A program made the translations under genes and the position numbers. Below are positions 39,043-53,675 of a DNA stretch of 64,000 bases, in pieces. The stretch covers positions 10,540,001-10,604,000 of the forward strand of contig JBHGNT010000021.1 of NCBI GenBank assembly GCA_043228905.1. The letters are read 5' to 3'. The DNA is from Azolla caroliniana (taxonomy: Eukaryota; Plantae; Polypodiophyta). Position 1 is the stretch's first letter. Every line of letters starts with the position of its first letter. Under the pieces are notes generated by a model. The model was not told the origin of the DNA. It saw only the letters and a list, made by a program, of their open reading frames with translations, and made no database searches.

Positions 39043-42000
39043 AGCAACACTGACTTCCATTCCCCATCGAACGAAACCAAAGCCGTACTCGATCTAATCC
39101 ATTCAGATGTATGGGACCAGCACAAAACGTTTGTCTTGGCGGGAGTCGGTATTTTGTCTCCTTCATCGACGACTACAACCAGCACACGTGGATCTACCTC
39201 ATCGAGAAGAAAAGTGAAGTGTTCGACGAGGAAGATCAAATGACTATGGTCAAATGGCGGAAAAGAATACTTTTCTGGCCAATTCAACAATTATCTACAG
39301 CAAGACGGAATTTGGAGAGAATTCAACGGTCAATACACACCGGAACAAAATGGTGTGGCCAAGAGAAAGAACCGGTCAATTGTCGACGCGACAAGGGCAA
39401 TGCTGGAGGCGAGCATGCCGCAATTCTATTGGGCTAAGGTGATTTTGGACGACCATCTACATCCAAAACCGGATCGGAGACAAGGTGTCAGCACATGAAC
39501 TGTATTTCAAGCGGAAGCCGAATTTGAGGCACCTTCATAAATTCGGTAGCATAGCATATGTGCATGTACTGGATGAGAAGCGGAAGAAGCTAGATCCAAA
39601 TTCAGAGAAGTGCATCCTAGTCGGTTACTCGCATGAGCAAAAGGGGTATAAGTGCTATAACCCCCGGGCTAAACAGGTACGAGTAAGTCGAGATGTCGAG
39701 TTTGATGAGTCGGCATCATGGTACACCCTACTGACTCGAACTCCCGACGAAGATCCGATTCCGTAAGATGAAGCTAGTGAGCCCGAGCAGGTCTAGGTAG
39801 AAGATGAAGACTTCGGCACTTTAGAAGAGAGTCCGATCTCATTCCGGCTAACTAGGTCGAATGAGCGGCTGAGTCAAGATGACCAGTTAGATGAAGAACT
39901 GGTGAGTAGTGGAGACTCTGTTGTGCTCTCCCCGTGCAAGGAACCGAGGAGACGGTTCACGCGCAAAGAGAAGGGGAAGAAGAAGATGTCGGAATACGAA
40001 ACCAGCAACGATGAGTTGGATCGGAGCGAATCCAACTCCGGAAAGCAAGAAGGCGAATCTTCAGAAGGGAAGTCTGAACCAGCCAAGAAGGGTCTCAAAC
40101 CGGGTAACGAAAAGTTACGTCGGTCAACCTGTCAAAAGAAAACCGTAATGAGGTACGGATACAATGAGTACATGGCACATCACTATGCATTCATGACTAA
40201 GGTGGCGGAAGTGCGTGAGCAAGAGAGCTACATAGAAGCAGCAAAAGACACAAATTGGCGTGCTACTATGGAGGAAGAAATGTGGGCACTTGATGCCAAT
40301 GACAAATGGGACCTGGTTGACCCTCCCCGACAGTGCAAACCGATCGGTTGCAACGGTTCATGTGGTACTGGCGGTTGTTGCGGCAAGGCGATGTCATCTT
40401 CACCAAATGGACGTGTAAAATGTGTTTCTTCAAGGTGACCTTGAAGAACAGGTCTATATGATCCAACCCCTCGGTTTCCAATCGGAGATGAACAAGTCAG
40501 CAATGTGCCGACTCAAAAGGTCGCTTTACGGTCTGAAGCAAGCCCCTTGAGCTTGGAATCCGAAGATCACGCACCAGTTGTGTAAGATGGGGTTTGCGGC
40601 CTCAAAGTCCGACACTTCATTGTTCATCCGGAACGGCCCGGTTTGCATTCTGCTTTATGTAGATGATTTAGTCATCACTGGACCTGGACTCGTTGAAATT
40701 GGCCTAGTGAAGTCCCAACTATCAAACGTCCTGACTCCGGACAGGCCTGCGATGAGAAATGGTTGGAAGCCTTATCTACTTGACAATCACCCGACCCGAC
40801 ATGAGTTACCCGGTCGGAGTGATCAGCCAGCCAGTTCATGCAGAAGCCGACCGTCAAGCACCTTTAGTGCGCACACCGGATACTCTGGTATGTTAGCGGT
40901 ACGAAGGACCAGGGATTATTATACCGACACGGTATAGTTGGGAAGCTAGTTGGCTATACCAATGCCGACTAGGTTGGTGATGCATCGGATCGCCGATCCA
41001 CCTCTGGTTACATGTTTTCTATTGGTAGCACGACCGTTGCGTGGAGCAGCAAAAAGGAACCAACAGTGGCTTTGTCGAGCACTGAGGTTGAATACCGGGG
41101 CACTACCATTGCCACCTGTGAAGCCATCTGGCTTCGACAATGACTGCGTGACCTCCGGATTGAGGTGCCGACCCCGATCCCGATCCACTGTGACAACATG
41201 AGCAACATATAGCTCGCCAAGAATCCAGTGTTCCATGCTTGGACAAAGCACATAGAAGTGCATTATCACTTTGTTCGTGAGCGGGTCCTGAGCGGTGAAG
41301 ATGAACTTCGGTATGTTCACACGGATCGGCAGGTTGCCGACATCTTCACCAAGCTGCTCGGGTTGGACATGTTGCAACACTTTTCGGAGATTCTTGGCCT
41401 ACAACATCTCGATGTGCTGCACTTGAGGGGGAGATCAGGAACGGGAACGGATGGCACCAAACAAGGAATCGGAGAGGAAGAAAGAACCAAAGGGGAAGAT
41501 AAGTAGAAAAAGAAAGCCGAGTCGACTGCAGGAGTCGGCACATCCGAACAAGTCAGAGCAAACGGCAACGGTCGCAGAGTCAAGAAGGACAGAGCCGATT
41601 GGAAGAAGGCCAAGACCTGACCATGGTCTGATGTGGTGAAGGGCCTAAAAACGGAAGACGAGTTGGAGACTACCAACTCAGAAGAGAGTTGGAACGAATC
41701 AGATGAAGCCGATTCGGTTCAAGATTCAACTAAAGCCCAAGCGAACGAGAAGGCAGCGGAAGTCGACATCGACAAGGAGGAACCGATGGATCGACAAGCG
41801 CCGGAATCATAACAACGAAGGAGCTGAAATGGGCCTCTTGAACAGACAAGCTGACCAAGGAGGTTGAGGTGTGCAGTACCGGACGGGTCGTGGGAAGCGA
41901 AACCAGAAGGGAAGACGAGCGTGAGCAAGGCAGAATGACGCCAGGTGGAGCCGGGTGGAAGGACCGACTACCATAGACACTAACACCACGATCCGGCCTC

Positions 42001-42234
42001 AAGTTGAGCTTGAGGGGCAAGCTCAACCAGATCTGGATTGGCATCCGGAACCAAGAGCCGGATCGGTATCCAGAAACAACCGGCCAGATCTGGGAGACAG
42101 ATCAGAGAGCTGGATTCGAGCGCGAACCGAAAGCCTAGTAGTAGCCTAGACTACTAGGTAATTAGTGTCTCGTAGTTAGAGTCAGTCACACATTGTATGT
42201 ACAGAGTGTTATTTTGAATTTTGCTTTATGTTCT

Positions 42235-42274
<40 letters not shown>

Positions 42275-42370
42275 ACGCGTACTCTCTATGTGTGTTGAGT
42301 TTTCCTTTCATCTTCTGTTGTTATCTAGCTAAGCCAGTTTGTCAAACGCTTCCGCATGTTTACTTTCAGA
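39043..42370 (+). mobile_element. Copia B, 3' half (INT, RT, RH, 3' LTR ~42012-42370)
   Basis: Starts in integrase at QH; KCILVGYS, LYVDDLVI, KHIEVHYHF. LTR with a (CT)n tract matches 56114-56563 in inverted orientation. Confidence 0.92.
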
Positions 42371-44720
42371 TATTCCTTGCCTCCATCCGATTGTAGGCAT
42401 CGAATGTGCCGACTGGTTTCTTTTTCGACTTGGCTCTAGAGCTTTTGGAAGTGGGAGAACACTTCGCTCTTCTCCTTCATCAGGAAGATCCACGTGTAGC
42501 ATAAGTAGATGTCGACGAAGGTGAGGTAGAATCGGCATCCGCCGATCGTCGACGTTTGAGCTGGTCCCCATACATCCAACTGTATGATGTTAAGGAGGTC
42601 TTTGCTTGCGTGGCTCTCCATCGTGGATGGGAGTCGATGTTTTTTGCCGAGTTGGCATGCTTCGCATACTCGGTCGACTCATTTTGACTCGAATGTCGGA
42701 AGTCCAATGATTGCATTGCTTGAAGCCATTGGATGTTTATGTGGCCGATTCTTTTGTGCCACAAATCGATGCTTGTCTCGGTTTTGAGACCTTTGGCATA
42801 CATGGCCGATTTCACCTCGTTTGAATCGAGGATGAACATTCGACCGTCTCTCCATCCTTTGGCTATGATTCGGCCATCTTTCTTGATGAAACAATCTTCC
42901 TTGTTGAACCGAATTTGCGTGCCTTGCTCCACGATTTGGCCTATGACACCAAATTCTTTGTTATTGGGGTCATGTGCATGACATTCTTGATGCAAGTTTG
43001 CTTGCCTTCTTTCCCGAATGGGACATTGCCGATGTGCCGAATGGGATGTGTGGTATAGTCTCCCGTCTCTATGTAGTCGGGTCGATCCAGTGTACGCAAG
43101 TCATTGAACCACTCATTGTGGGATGTCATGTGATGTGAGGCGCCGGAATCAACGAACCACACGTCTTCCGAATTGGAGGTGCTTGCAGAGTCTTAGGCCG
43201 ACATAGAGTTCACTTTATGCCTCATTACGAATAGAGCGTTGTTGTCGTCGTATTCGGAGTTCGTGGCGTAATTCGTGAGTTGTCGACTTGTCGAAACCGA
43301 CTCACTTCTTCTTTTTCGGTACTCGCGGTGGCAGATTTTTCGGCAATAGTTGCAAGTTGCAGGCCTTATTTGCCGATCTTGTTTGGCATGGAAGCTCCCC
43401 CTTCTTCCGAAGGTTCCTTGATGACTTCCGTCTTGTTGTCGAAGGTTTGAGTTCCCTTCGTGTGATGGGTCAAATCGACCTCTTGTACTGCCTCAACCTT
43501 GTCCTCAGCTACCATCCGAATTTGAGAAGAACATTTGTCCTTCCGATGTCTTGGTTCTGGTTTGGACGTGGTTCTCTTCAACTATTAGCATTGATTGAAG
43601 GTCGAAGAACGAAGGAGGGTTTTCCCTCACCAAGATTGTCGTCCGTAATGGATCGAATCGTTGTGCAAGGCCATCCAAGCATACTTGAACTATCTCGTCT
43701 TCATCGACATTTATGTTGATGGAGCCAAGTGAGTCACAAATGCTCTTGATTTTGGCGGTGTAGTCTGACACAGACATGTCTTTTTGCGGAATGTTGTTCA
43801 ACTCTTGTCGGAGTTGAAGCTTTGGGTGGTCGGGTTGGCGGCGAACATCTTCTTCAAGTTCCCCCATGCCTCTTTAGGCGTCTTGGCGTCTCGAATGTGG
43901 CTAAGCATGTGATCGTCGACACATGTTGCCAAGCAATACATGACTCACCGCTTGCTCCCATGTTGCGTAGTCGACATTGACAAGTCGGGTCGATTTTCTT
44001 GTGTGCCGTTGATGTAGCTCCAATACCGTTGGCCAACGAGGTATTGGGTCATCTTGTATTCCCAAGATGAATAATTGCTCCGATCTAGCTTTTCACTAGG
44101 GAGCGTGCTACCCATTTATGTGTTCATGTTAATTGTAGTGTCTTCCATTTTGCTTTTCTTCCTTCAATCACGTACTCGTGCTACGTAGTGGCCCTACGGT
44201 AGGGAATGACCAGAATTTGTCATCGGCATTTCGAACACACAATCACAGAGTCGGGTGGGCTGAATGGATTTTCTAAATCGCACGCTCTGATATCATGTTA
44301 AGAATTTGGTAATTAAGCAAGGGTTAATTAGTTGATAAGCAGAAGATTAAGTGATATGTCTGTGTATGTGTGTGAGAGGAAGAGAGAGAGAGGAAGTTAA
44401 CACTTATGAACAACACAAGATGGGGGATGATTAACTCTATATTAAATTAGCATCATTATCATCGAATACACAAATACCCACAATGAGGTATATATACATC
44501 TCATGTGCAAAGGTGCACATGTGTGAGTAGAATATAGGTTCTAAGGTGTAAGTTCTATATTAAATGTACTTGGTAGTAGAGGATCTAGAATATCCCACTT
44601 AGGTACAAGGTCCTATTTAAGGCGTTATAGGCAACACTCCTAACTAGATTCTATCTAGGTAACTACGAAGTTACATGGTTGACTAAATAACTAAAGTAAG
44701 TTAAGCTTGATCTCTCAACA
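42371..44720 (-). mobile_element. Copia C, 5' half (LTR 44296-44720, PBS, gag, PR, INT up to LQSDGGKEY)
   Basis: PBS TGATATCAGAGCG at ~44283-44295; WFVDSGASHHMT; LTR matches 57291-57724 in inverted orientation. Confidence 0.9.
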
Positions 44721-46925
44721 TCTTTTGCAAAAGATTTCGCAAATGATGCTTACATAGTATAAGGTTCGACCAACCGATCATACAGTCGAGGAAGAAGTTC
44801 TTCCTTACCGCCGAACAATCAGTGAAGTCGGAGCAAGTCTCAGGGAAATCAAAGCTACAACTATTGCAAGAAACCTAGGAACATCAAAGTCGATTGTTGA
44901 GCCCTTAAAGCTAGAAACAAAAAAGCTTAGAGAGATGATGACAAGGGCGGTCGGTAGGAGGAGGTCAACTACATCGACGCAGTAGCCGAAGTATTGACGG
45001 ACGACCCCAATATACTATCCATTCAAAACTCAGTTGAATTAGAAGTTTTGCTCATGTCTGAAGAATCGAGCATGTGGCTCTTGGATTTGGGAGCATCCTA
45101 ACACGTAACACCTCATAGATCCCAATTTCGACAATATTTGGCCTGACACTCCGACTCAATCTGAGTTGGAAATTTGCAACATTATGTTATAATCAAAATC
45201 GGCACACTAGAGTTGAACCTTCCGGGTGGCTCTACATTAGTACTACACAATGTTTGGCACTTACCTGAGCTCTCAAGTCCTTATAATTGAATGACTCGAC
45301 TTTGGACCATCCGACTCACACACCCGATGCGACTAGTCCAATCCTACCTCGAAGATCCGAGAGACTATCATAGCCCTAGAGAGGTACTCTCCTGGGGTCT
45401 TCTTCACAGATGCCGATGAACCGACATCATACGAAGAAGCTTCGGCGTTAGCCGATTCGGCCACATGGAATCTGGGGATGGAGTTGGAAATGAACTCGAT
45501 TCGAGCAAACAAGACTTGGGACTTGGTCGCATTACCGAAAAAATAAAGTGCTCTTCCATGCAAATGTTTCTACTGACTAAAAGAGATGTCTGATTCGGCC
45601 ATTGCAAAATACAAGGCCATACTAGTTGTGAAAGGGTTTCAATAGGAATATGGCGTCGATTTCGACGAAATCTTTTAACTAGTGGTGAAAATGACAACCC
45701 TTTGTTTCCTGCTCGGTGTTGTGGTAGCCGACGACTTGGAGCTGATTGAGCTAGATGTAAAAATGACATTCCTCCACGGGGACTTAGAGGAGGAAATTTA
45801 TATGGAGCAATCTAAAGACTTTGTGGAATCTAGCCAGGAACATCTAGTCTACCGACTCGGATTGTGGAGTCTATATGGCCCAAAGCAGGCACCAAGATAG
45901 TTGTACAAGAAGTTCGACGACTTCATCCAATCACTCAGCTTCTCAAAGATCGATAAGGACCACTTCCTCTTCACCAAAACAACTCACAATGGGTCTCTCA
46001 TCTTCCTCATCATCTACGTGGATGACATGCTACTCTCCGGTCAACATACCGGAGAGCTCGCTGAACTTGTTCAGCAACTATGGTTGAAGTTTGCCATGAA
46101 GGACCTCGGTCCAGCAAGACACATTCTCAGGATGAAGATAAGTTGGAATCGTCATCGACGACAACTATTTCTGTCTCAATCCAACTATATTGGACGTGTC
46201 TTAGAATTCTTCAACATGCAATTGGCCAAAGCTGCTTCGACCCTGCTCCCCATTGATCTTCGATTGTCTCAGTGAGATTGCCCAACATCCGGCCTAGAGG
46301 GGGAAGTTATGAAGTTGATACCGTATGCACCGGCAGTCAACTCCTTGATGTATGCGATGATCACGACACGGCTTGCCATTGCTTATGCCGTCATAGTCGT
46401 TAGTAGATTTATGCACAATCCCGGTCGATCGCATTGGAACGCAGTTAAGAATGTGTTCAGATACCTTGTGGGCAAAAAAGACTATGGCATCCTATTCGGC
46501 CCGAATGATACATCAAGCATACTCGGTTATACCAACTCGGACTTTGCTGGTTGTGTGGACAGTCAAAAGTCAACAACCGGATATTGCTTCAAATTTGGCA
46601 ATGGAGCAATCTCGTGGCAATCGAAACGTCAGGAGTGCACTGCCACATCAACATTTGAGGTTGAATACGTCACTGCATCCAATGCGGCAAAAGAGGCTTT
46701 ATGGCTTGGTCGATTGGTGCACACATTTCGACAAGTTGACTCCGACTCAGCTCCAGTGGTCTACAACAACAATCAGGGTGTTGTTACTCTATCGAAAATT
46801 TTGGTTCATCACAACGCCTCCAAGCATATGATTGATGTTCAATATCACTTTGTTTGGGATTGCGTCATCTACAGTGAAAGGCAAGGTGAAGATATCTACA
46901 ACCGATAATGTCGTAGATGGGATGA
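44721..46925 (+). mobile_element. Copia D internal part (gag end, PR, RT, RH), internally deleted
   Basis: WLLDLGAS, ELDVKMTFLHGDLEEEIYMEQ, YVDDMLL, STTGYCF, ASKH.IDV. Confidence 0.9.
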
Positions 46926-48651
46926 GGGTAAAAGCATGCGAGTGGAAACACTATTATAGCTAATTAGCTGGTAAAATGGCCATAGCTATTTAGCTATTTG
47001 TTTAGCTAGTTTTTTGTGGGCAAATCATAAGGATCATTTACGAAATTTTATGCTTTATTAGTTAAATACTTGTCATTTAATTTATGAGAATACTCAAAAA
47101 TTTGAACTTTGGTTTCTGACGCAGTGGAACTTGGGGAACAATGCCCTCATCTAAACTCGACTTGGATGTCACCGAATTCCTGTTAATCCTAAGTTTGAGT
47201 TCGAAATCCAAACAGATGGAGTACTCTGAGCATGAACGTAGACGAAGCTCCAACAGCAACACAAAAACTCTCATATCGACATTGTACCTTTAGAGCTACA
47301 ACAGACCACCAGTTCGAGCTTTGTCCAGGTATGTATCAGTTACACATTCAAAAATATTTTTTTTCCCTTTCTGATAATTGTAACTTTCTTGCTTGTTCAT
47401 CTTTTATAGAAAACGATTAGGGCGAAGGCATTGGAGTCCCAAACAAGGATGTCTCGAAGATCGGGGTGTAACAGCAAGTGTGTTTCTGATTGACAGAAAT
47501 TCTGATTAGAGTTCATTTCATACATATTTCAGATTAGGGTTTCTGATTTCCTTAAGTAGTTGATTTCATATTAGGATTTCTTATTAAGGTTTCTGATTAG
47601 GGTTTCTGATTTCCTTAAGCGATTGATTTCTAATTAGGGTTTTTGATTTCTTCATGTGTTTTTGTTGACCTTCCGGCTAGTACAAGGAGGGCAGAACGGT
47701 GAAGACATCAATGGGTTGTAGATAGCCCAAGAGGGGAAAGGAGTGGCGATGGAGGGGAGAGGGAGACGAAACCACCAAGAACGATTTGAGCGCACCCGAA
47801 TCGTAAACATAACTTGGTGAAAGCGAAGATTAGAAGAGATAGGGGGAGAGGAGAGGGAGATGAGGAATCAAACACTAATAATAAAATCTACATAAGATTA
47901 AAACACTAAAAAAGATTAAAACATACCCATAAGCTTGAGAGAGAGAGAGAGAGAGAGATTAATAGCAAAACTAATTTTCATTAAGAGAGGGTTTACAATG
48001 AGATAGGGGAAATGGGAATGGCCACGAGCAAACTAGTTCTGCCCCCTATGGGGCTCATTAGTGCTAAGTGGCCTTTGGGGGTTGATGGTGTTTATATAAG
48101 GAGTTTTAGGAGAGGCTTTAGGAAAATGAAAATAAGGAGTGGGGAGTGAAGGTGTGCTAATGGGTATGATTGAAAAGGAAAAGATTTGTAATAAATGGAA
48201 GGTTTTGGTATAGGGAAGAGGTTATAATGTAAAAGGGGGGATAAGAAGAAAAAAGAGAGAGAGAGTGAGGATATTAAATTTAAAAGGGGAGTTAAGAGAA
48301 AGGGGAAATATAAAAAGGGGAGTTAAGAGAGGGGAAATATAAAAAGGGGAGTTAAGAGAGAGGGGAAATAAGGAATAGGTTTCTGATTAACGCTTGATTT
48401 CTGATTAAGGTTTCTAAATAGGGTTTCTAATTTTTTAAGCGGTTGATTTCTGATTACTGTAAAAAATTTCAGATTTAGTGTTGGAAATTTGCACCAATTC
48501 ACATTTATGATTTCAATGGGTGTGTGTCTGCAAACTTCCCCCAAACTTGATTTAGGATTTGGGTGAATGTGGCTGATTTTTTTTTTTTGATACTTCTCTA
48601 CCAATTATGGTTCTAAATACACATTTCCCAGTACTGCAGAGGTAACATGTA

Positions 48652-49976
48652 TTGATTTTTTATTTCAGGTGGCTCGTTCCTCCATATCCTAGAGTGCTAA
48701 ACTTTGCAAAGTTTTGCGAAACAAAAGAGAACTTTAACAACATATATGGTCTATCGCTAGAGGGTATTGACCCTACTGTTCTAACAGATAAATTGATTAC
48801 TGATGTAGACTGGTTGACAGTCTATAAAGTGCTTACAGTGAAAGACAAGGTGAAGCTCAAGCATGTACGATCAGAGCTGTATGATGACTGCATGAGGCTC
48901 CACCAGAAAGTACATCAAGAGATCCCGGTCACCAACGAGTTGTCCGTTGCATTCACGAGAGCTTTTGCATACGAGTATTTCAAAACAACGAAGGAAGCAA
49001 AGGACCCCGAAATGTACAGGGTAGATTGGGCTATTTATGGTGACGCATCGGTAGAACAACGCCGGAAGATGGGGAGCTTGCAACTAAAAATGGCAAGATT
49101 CTGGAGCATGGCAGTTGGTGATGCAATTGCTGACTCCGAACAAACCCGCAAGTATACACCACATTGAAACACAATGAAAGTCAATGTCGATGATACAGGT
49201 GAGACATTGATTAACTATATGCTGAAAAATGTCCATGAAGCCTGTGAGACATTAGAGGCAATAAAGACTGATTTAGAGAAAGAACCTTTGGCTGTTGCGA
49301 TGGAGAGCAAAGTCACTTTGGCAATGACAACAATAAGAAATTAGATTCCTGTAGCTATTGTTTTGCTAGTATGTAACATGTTATAAATAGCTTGTACATG
49401 AAAATGTGCTTTGTGAGGCATTATCTGGAACAGGTTGCTCAACATGAGCTCGAAATTGAGGGGCCGCTAGATCCCCAACGGAAAATACAACTTAAGATAG
49501 AGATCCAGGTTCTTTGAATGAACCTGAACCTTCTAGGTGTAAATACTCTCGTTGATTACAATTTTGAGAACCTACAAGTAAGTTAATGATTCTTGTTTCT
49601 TGTTGTTCTATCTTCCTCATTAAGGAATGATAAATCGGTAATTTCTTGGTTGCGTTCTAGAAACAATACTCCCGTCAAGAACAGGTAGTTAGCTACTTGA
49701 AGAAACAACTACATTTTGTGGAGGGGATGGTTAAGAGCAGACAAGAATTGGACCTCAACATTCTTGCTCCCTTACCAAACAAAGGAGAACCAGGCAACGA
49801 TATATTGACTGTTCAAGCACGTTACATTGCTCCCAACTTAGACGTAGAGGACAAAACTGCTACTTTGTTGGTACACACATACCATATCGTTTGTTGTCAA
49901 TATGCATGTCGCATTGTTGCAATCAGTTTAGGGGATTGCAATACAACTCTCCTAGATGAGTGGTCAAAACTAACAG
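48652..49976 (+). pseudogene. Multi-exon uncharacterised gene in element E
   Basis: ORF with CMRLHQKV..P..NELSVAF...VDWAIYG, further coding-like segments with stops, and an AG|GTAAAA donor just before the satellite. Confidence 0.5.
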
Positions 49977-49997
49977 GTAAAATTGTTGCTTGTCTCT

Positions 49998-50516
49998 ATA
50001 GTGTAGTAGCTAATTAGTTACATCTTAGCTAATTAGCTAAGTTGTATAAAGTGTGCTAGCTAATTAGTTGTTATGGTTCAGTAGTGTAGTAGCTAATTAG
50101 CTACAACCTAGGAATTAGCTAATTAGCCAAGATGTAGTTATTTAACTACTGCAAATCTATGGTCTAGCAACTAATTAGCTACAATGTAGCTAATTAGCTA
50201 CTATCATAGTGAAGAAGATTAACTAATTAGCTAAGATGTAGCCAATTACCTACTGCCAACCTATACTCTACTATCTAATTAGCTAAGATGTAGTGAATTA
50301 ACTACTACCATAATTAAGTAGAATGGCTAATTAGCTACTGCCAGCCTATAGTGTAGTTGCTAATTAGCTACTGCCAGTCTATAGTCTAGCAACTAATTAG
50401 CTAAGCAATATCAAGTGTGGTAGCTAATTAGCTACTACCATACTTAAGTAGCTAATTAGCTAAGATATAACTAATTAGCTACTACCATACTTAAGTGGCT
50501 AATTAGCTAAGATGTA
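49998..50516. repeat. TAGCTAATTAGCTA satellite, inverted continuation of 26925-28355
   Basis: Same units in reverse orientation (AGCTAAGATGTA versus TACATCTTAGCT). Confidence 0.93.
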
Positions 50517-50884
50517 AACACGTTCGCGTTCACAAGTGGACGGATCGCGCATAAATGAAAGGATAAGGAAAATTTTGGTTGGTTTTAGGGCTTTTTCAAT
50601 GATTTTACTAAACACATTGATACCAGTATCATACATGTTCAAACATACTATGAAAAAGGTTAAAAATCCATTATTTTCTTGATTTGGAAGTAACTAAACA
50701 AAGAGGAATTTTAAAAAGTTACATTCTCAATTTATATCACAAACTTTACAACCAATGCTATTTTATAAGAAACGATTTTTTAGAAATCATAAGAATTCAA
50801 AACACATGCTTTTATATTACTCGATTTGTTACAAGCAGAATGTATTTAGACTTAATAGCCAAAAATATATTCATGATCATTCCT

Positions 50885-53675
50885 TTACGGAGAATCACTA
50901 CTATAACTAATATACAATGACGATTCCTCATCATCATCCTCGGATGTACCAATCAGTGCATTATCTTCATCATAAACCAAATGGTTTGACTCTAGATTAT
51001 ATGTAGCAGATCTCGTTTGCCTTTGACTCGAGCCACCTTGTAGAACTGGTAATTTTTCTTTCATTATATCTATTGTTGACTTCCTTAATCCTCCGGCTTT
51101 TGTAAGTGTGAAGTCGTACACGATGATATCCACATCAGAGATATCAAGGGTACAAGTGTTACGAATGTTTCGCTTCCTCTTCCTACCTCCCCTTCTTGTT
51201 GGGCATTCAATCATCTCCAATGTATACTTACCTGTAAAAGCATTTGCACTTCTAATGTTGTACCAATGAACGTTTATAGACTTGATAGTGTTTTCTATTT
51301 CATGCATTAGCACTTCTCGAATTTTACCAACCCAAAATTGGTGGCCATGTGAATTCTCATCAGCCGGCGTTGCAATCAACATCCCCGCTGTGAGCTCTTG
51401 CAAATTGCCTTGCCATCTAGCTTCAGCTGCTTTGGTCATCCTTGGTCCCACATAAATGTCTCTTTGTTGTGGATGGACCAAACTGTCATTAATCGCATTT
51501 GTTGGTTACTCCGGAGTTCTATTTACACTATTGTGTTACAATGACCATGTGAATGGCGTTTCCAAATTCCAATCATCACCAAATACACAATTGTCTATAA
51601 TTCCTTTCTAATCACTATAAAATACATCCCAACATGACGTGTCTTGTTGTGCGGCATATTTCTTGGCGGCGTCAATATGCTTTCTTTTTTCTTCTAAGGC
51701 TTGGAGCCATAACTGTTTTTGTTCCGATACCAAGTCACTCTGCAACTATCCTTTCTTCTCAATTGGCATTTGCTTAGCTTCATGAACAATTGTACTCGGC
51801 ATACAAAGTAATAACTGACAACCACCTTCAAGTTCCCATGTTGTAGAAGATGAATATTGTTTAGCATACAAAAGTGAAGAACCACTTATTTCATTTTTCT
51901 TTATCATAAAAATGTGATTGAAGCTTATATTGTTTAATTGGGCAAGCAATTTAACAATCCCAACAACCCAATCTGATATATATCTCTTAAAGTCATATAC
52001 CTCCTTCAAGTGTAACACTTTTGGGCGTGGTGTATATGCATCACAAATGACATCAAATAGTTTAGGTAATGTGAAAGCATCATGCCGAGACAACTATCTG
52101 GAGAATGTTCTAAACATCTGATCTATATGATCATATGTGTGGCCAACCAAAAGAAAATTGACTTTCACTTTCCTAAACAATCCTTGGTTGACCAACATAC
52201 TTAGATAGCCAAACATAGTTGAATTTTTGTTCTCTCTAGGAGTATTGTCCAATTGAATGTATAGATAGAACAGGGGGGAAGGGTTGGCCCCAAGACATCA
52301 AAACTCGGTGAATCACTGTAACTATTAGGTTAGGGTTATTGTGAACATTGGGGTATGTCATGAAGACGTGAGGTCCAACAAACCTATTATAACCCAAGCA
52401 TCCCACCAAGTGCATTTGAACAAGGCACTTATCATTGACGTCTTTGGGGAGCCTCCGCATATGCGGCAAGCACGTCTTCTTCTGGTCCAATGCCATCTAT
52501 CATTAAGCACATGTATTGTTCAGGCCTCTTCAAACACTTCTCTCTATGATGCATCGCCTTCTTTCGTTCTAACGATTGTGCGTCATGATGCTCTTGTAAT
52601 AACTTCTTACTCATATCCTTTTCCATTGATGTCTTTGCACGTTTAGCCAAACTTTTAAGATTTGCACAAATGGAGCAATACCCCATGCGTACTTTACGTG
52701 GAATGATACATTTGAAAACCGAGCTCTCCATAATCTTGTGAATTGGCTATATGTGACAGACTTATTACGTGAGCCCACCATATCTGATCTATAGACATCA
52801 TAAACTTCCCGATGTGTGTAATTATCAGAAAGGTGCATCCTACCTATAGTGGGCATTACTTCACAATTTAACTGAAAGTAAGTTTTCATCCAACCAATAG
52901 CATGTCTTCCAATTGCACCTTTCATACTTGGAACTTCTTTACAATTGAGCATCTAATCCCCGCTAAGTAGACGTTGTTGTACTCTATGTAGCCGCATGTT
53001 ACTAACACATAACGCAAATTTGAATGCAACTCTACATATATGATGCGCATGGAAGATATAATACTCGAATGATACTTTGATCCCCGTACATTTGTCACAC
53101 ACTAGTTGCATATGTGACCTGAGGTAAGTGTCTTGCTCATCACCAGTCATCGAAAAATAGTATCGCCTTAATTCTCGCAACTTTGATTTTCCAATCATAG
53201 ACATACAACCACGAGCACAACATATTCTTTTGACATCAAATCCAATCTGTTTATCTGATGTCACCAAGTTAAATCTAGCCAGATGAATTCTTCTTGGGAT
53301 TCTTCTAATATTCATATGGTTTCCAAATTTCTCTTCCTGCATAGACGTTGGTGTAACCTTGTTATTGTCAAATTCTTTGTTGTGACCATCGCCCATGATA
53401 TTCGATGTTTCATTGGCACTACCTTCATTCTCCGCATCTTTATTAATATAGTATTCTTCAATAGAGAACTCTTCACATGTGTCATTATTCACATTCGTTG
53501 TAGGTGAAGATGAGCTCAGACAATACTCTTCGATAGAATATGGTGAGTCTATCGACAAACAATATTCTTCAATAGAAAATGGTGAGTCTGTCGACAAACA
53601 ATATTCTTCGGTAGAAAACGAAGAGTCTGATGACAAACAATATTCTTCAATCGAGAACGGTGAATCTTCACTCAT
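50885..53675 (-). pseudogene. Sola-like transposase of copy B
   Basis: ORF fragments nearly identical to 31780-38674, with stops and frameshifts. Confidence 0.85.

Larger units (their letters stand above)
46926..50516 (+). mobile_element. Element E, probable DNA transposon (possibly Mutator-like), one end; remainder at ~26072-28355
   Basis: Copia D RNase H stops abruptly at GGGTAAAAGCATGCG. Contains an intron-bearing gene and the TAGCTA satellite. Second terminus not seen. Confidence 0.45.

Noticed and set aside
44716-44730. Clean 5-bp TSD for Copia C
   Set aside because: Flanks (AAATC versus TCTTT) overlap by only TC. Only reading-frame continuity of Copia D was used as evidence
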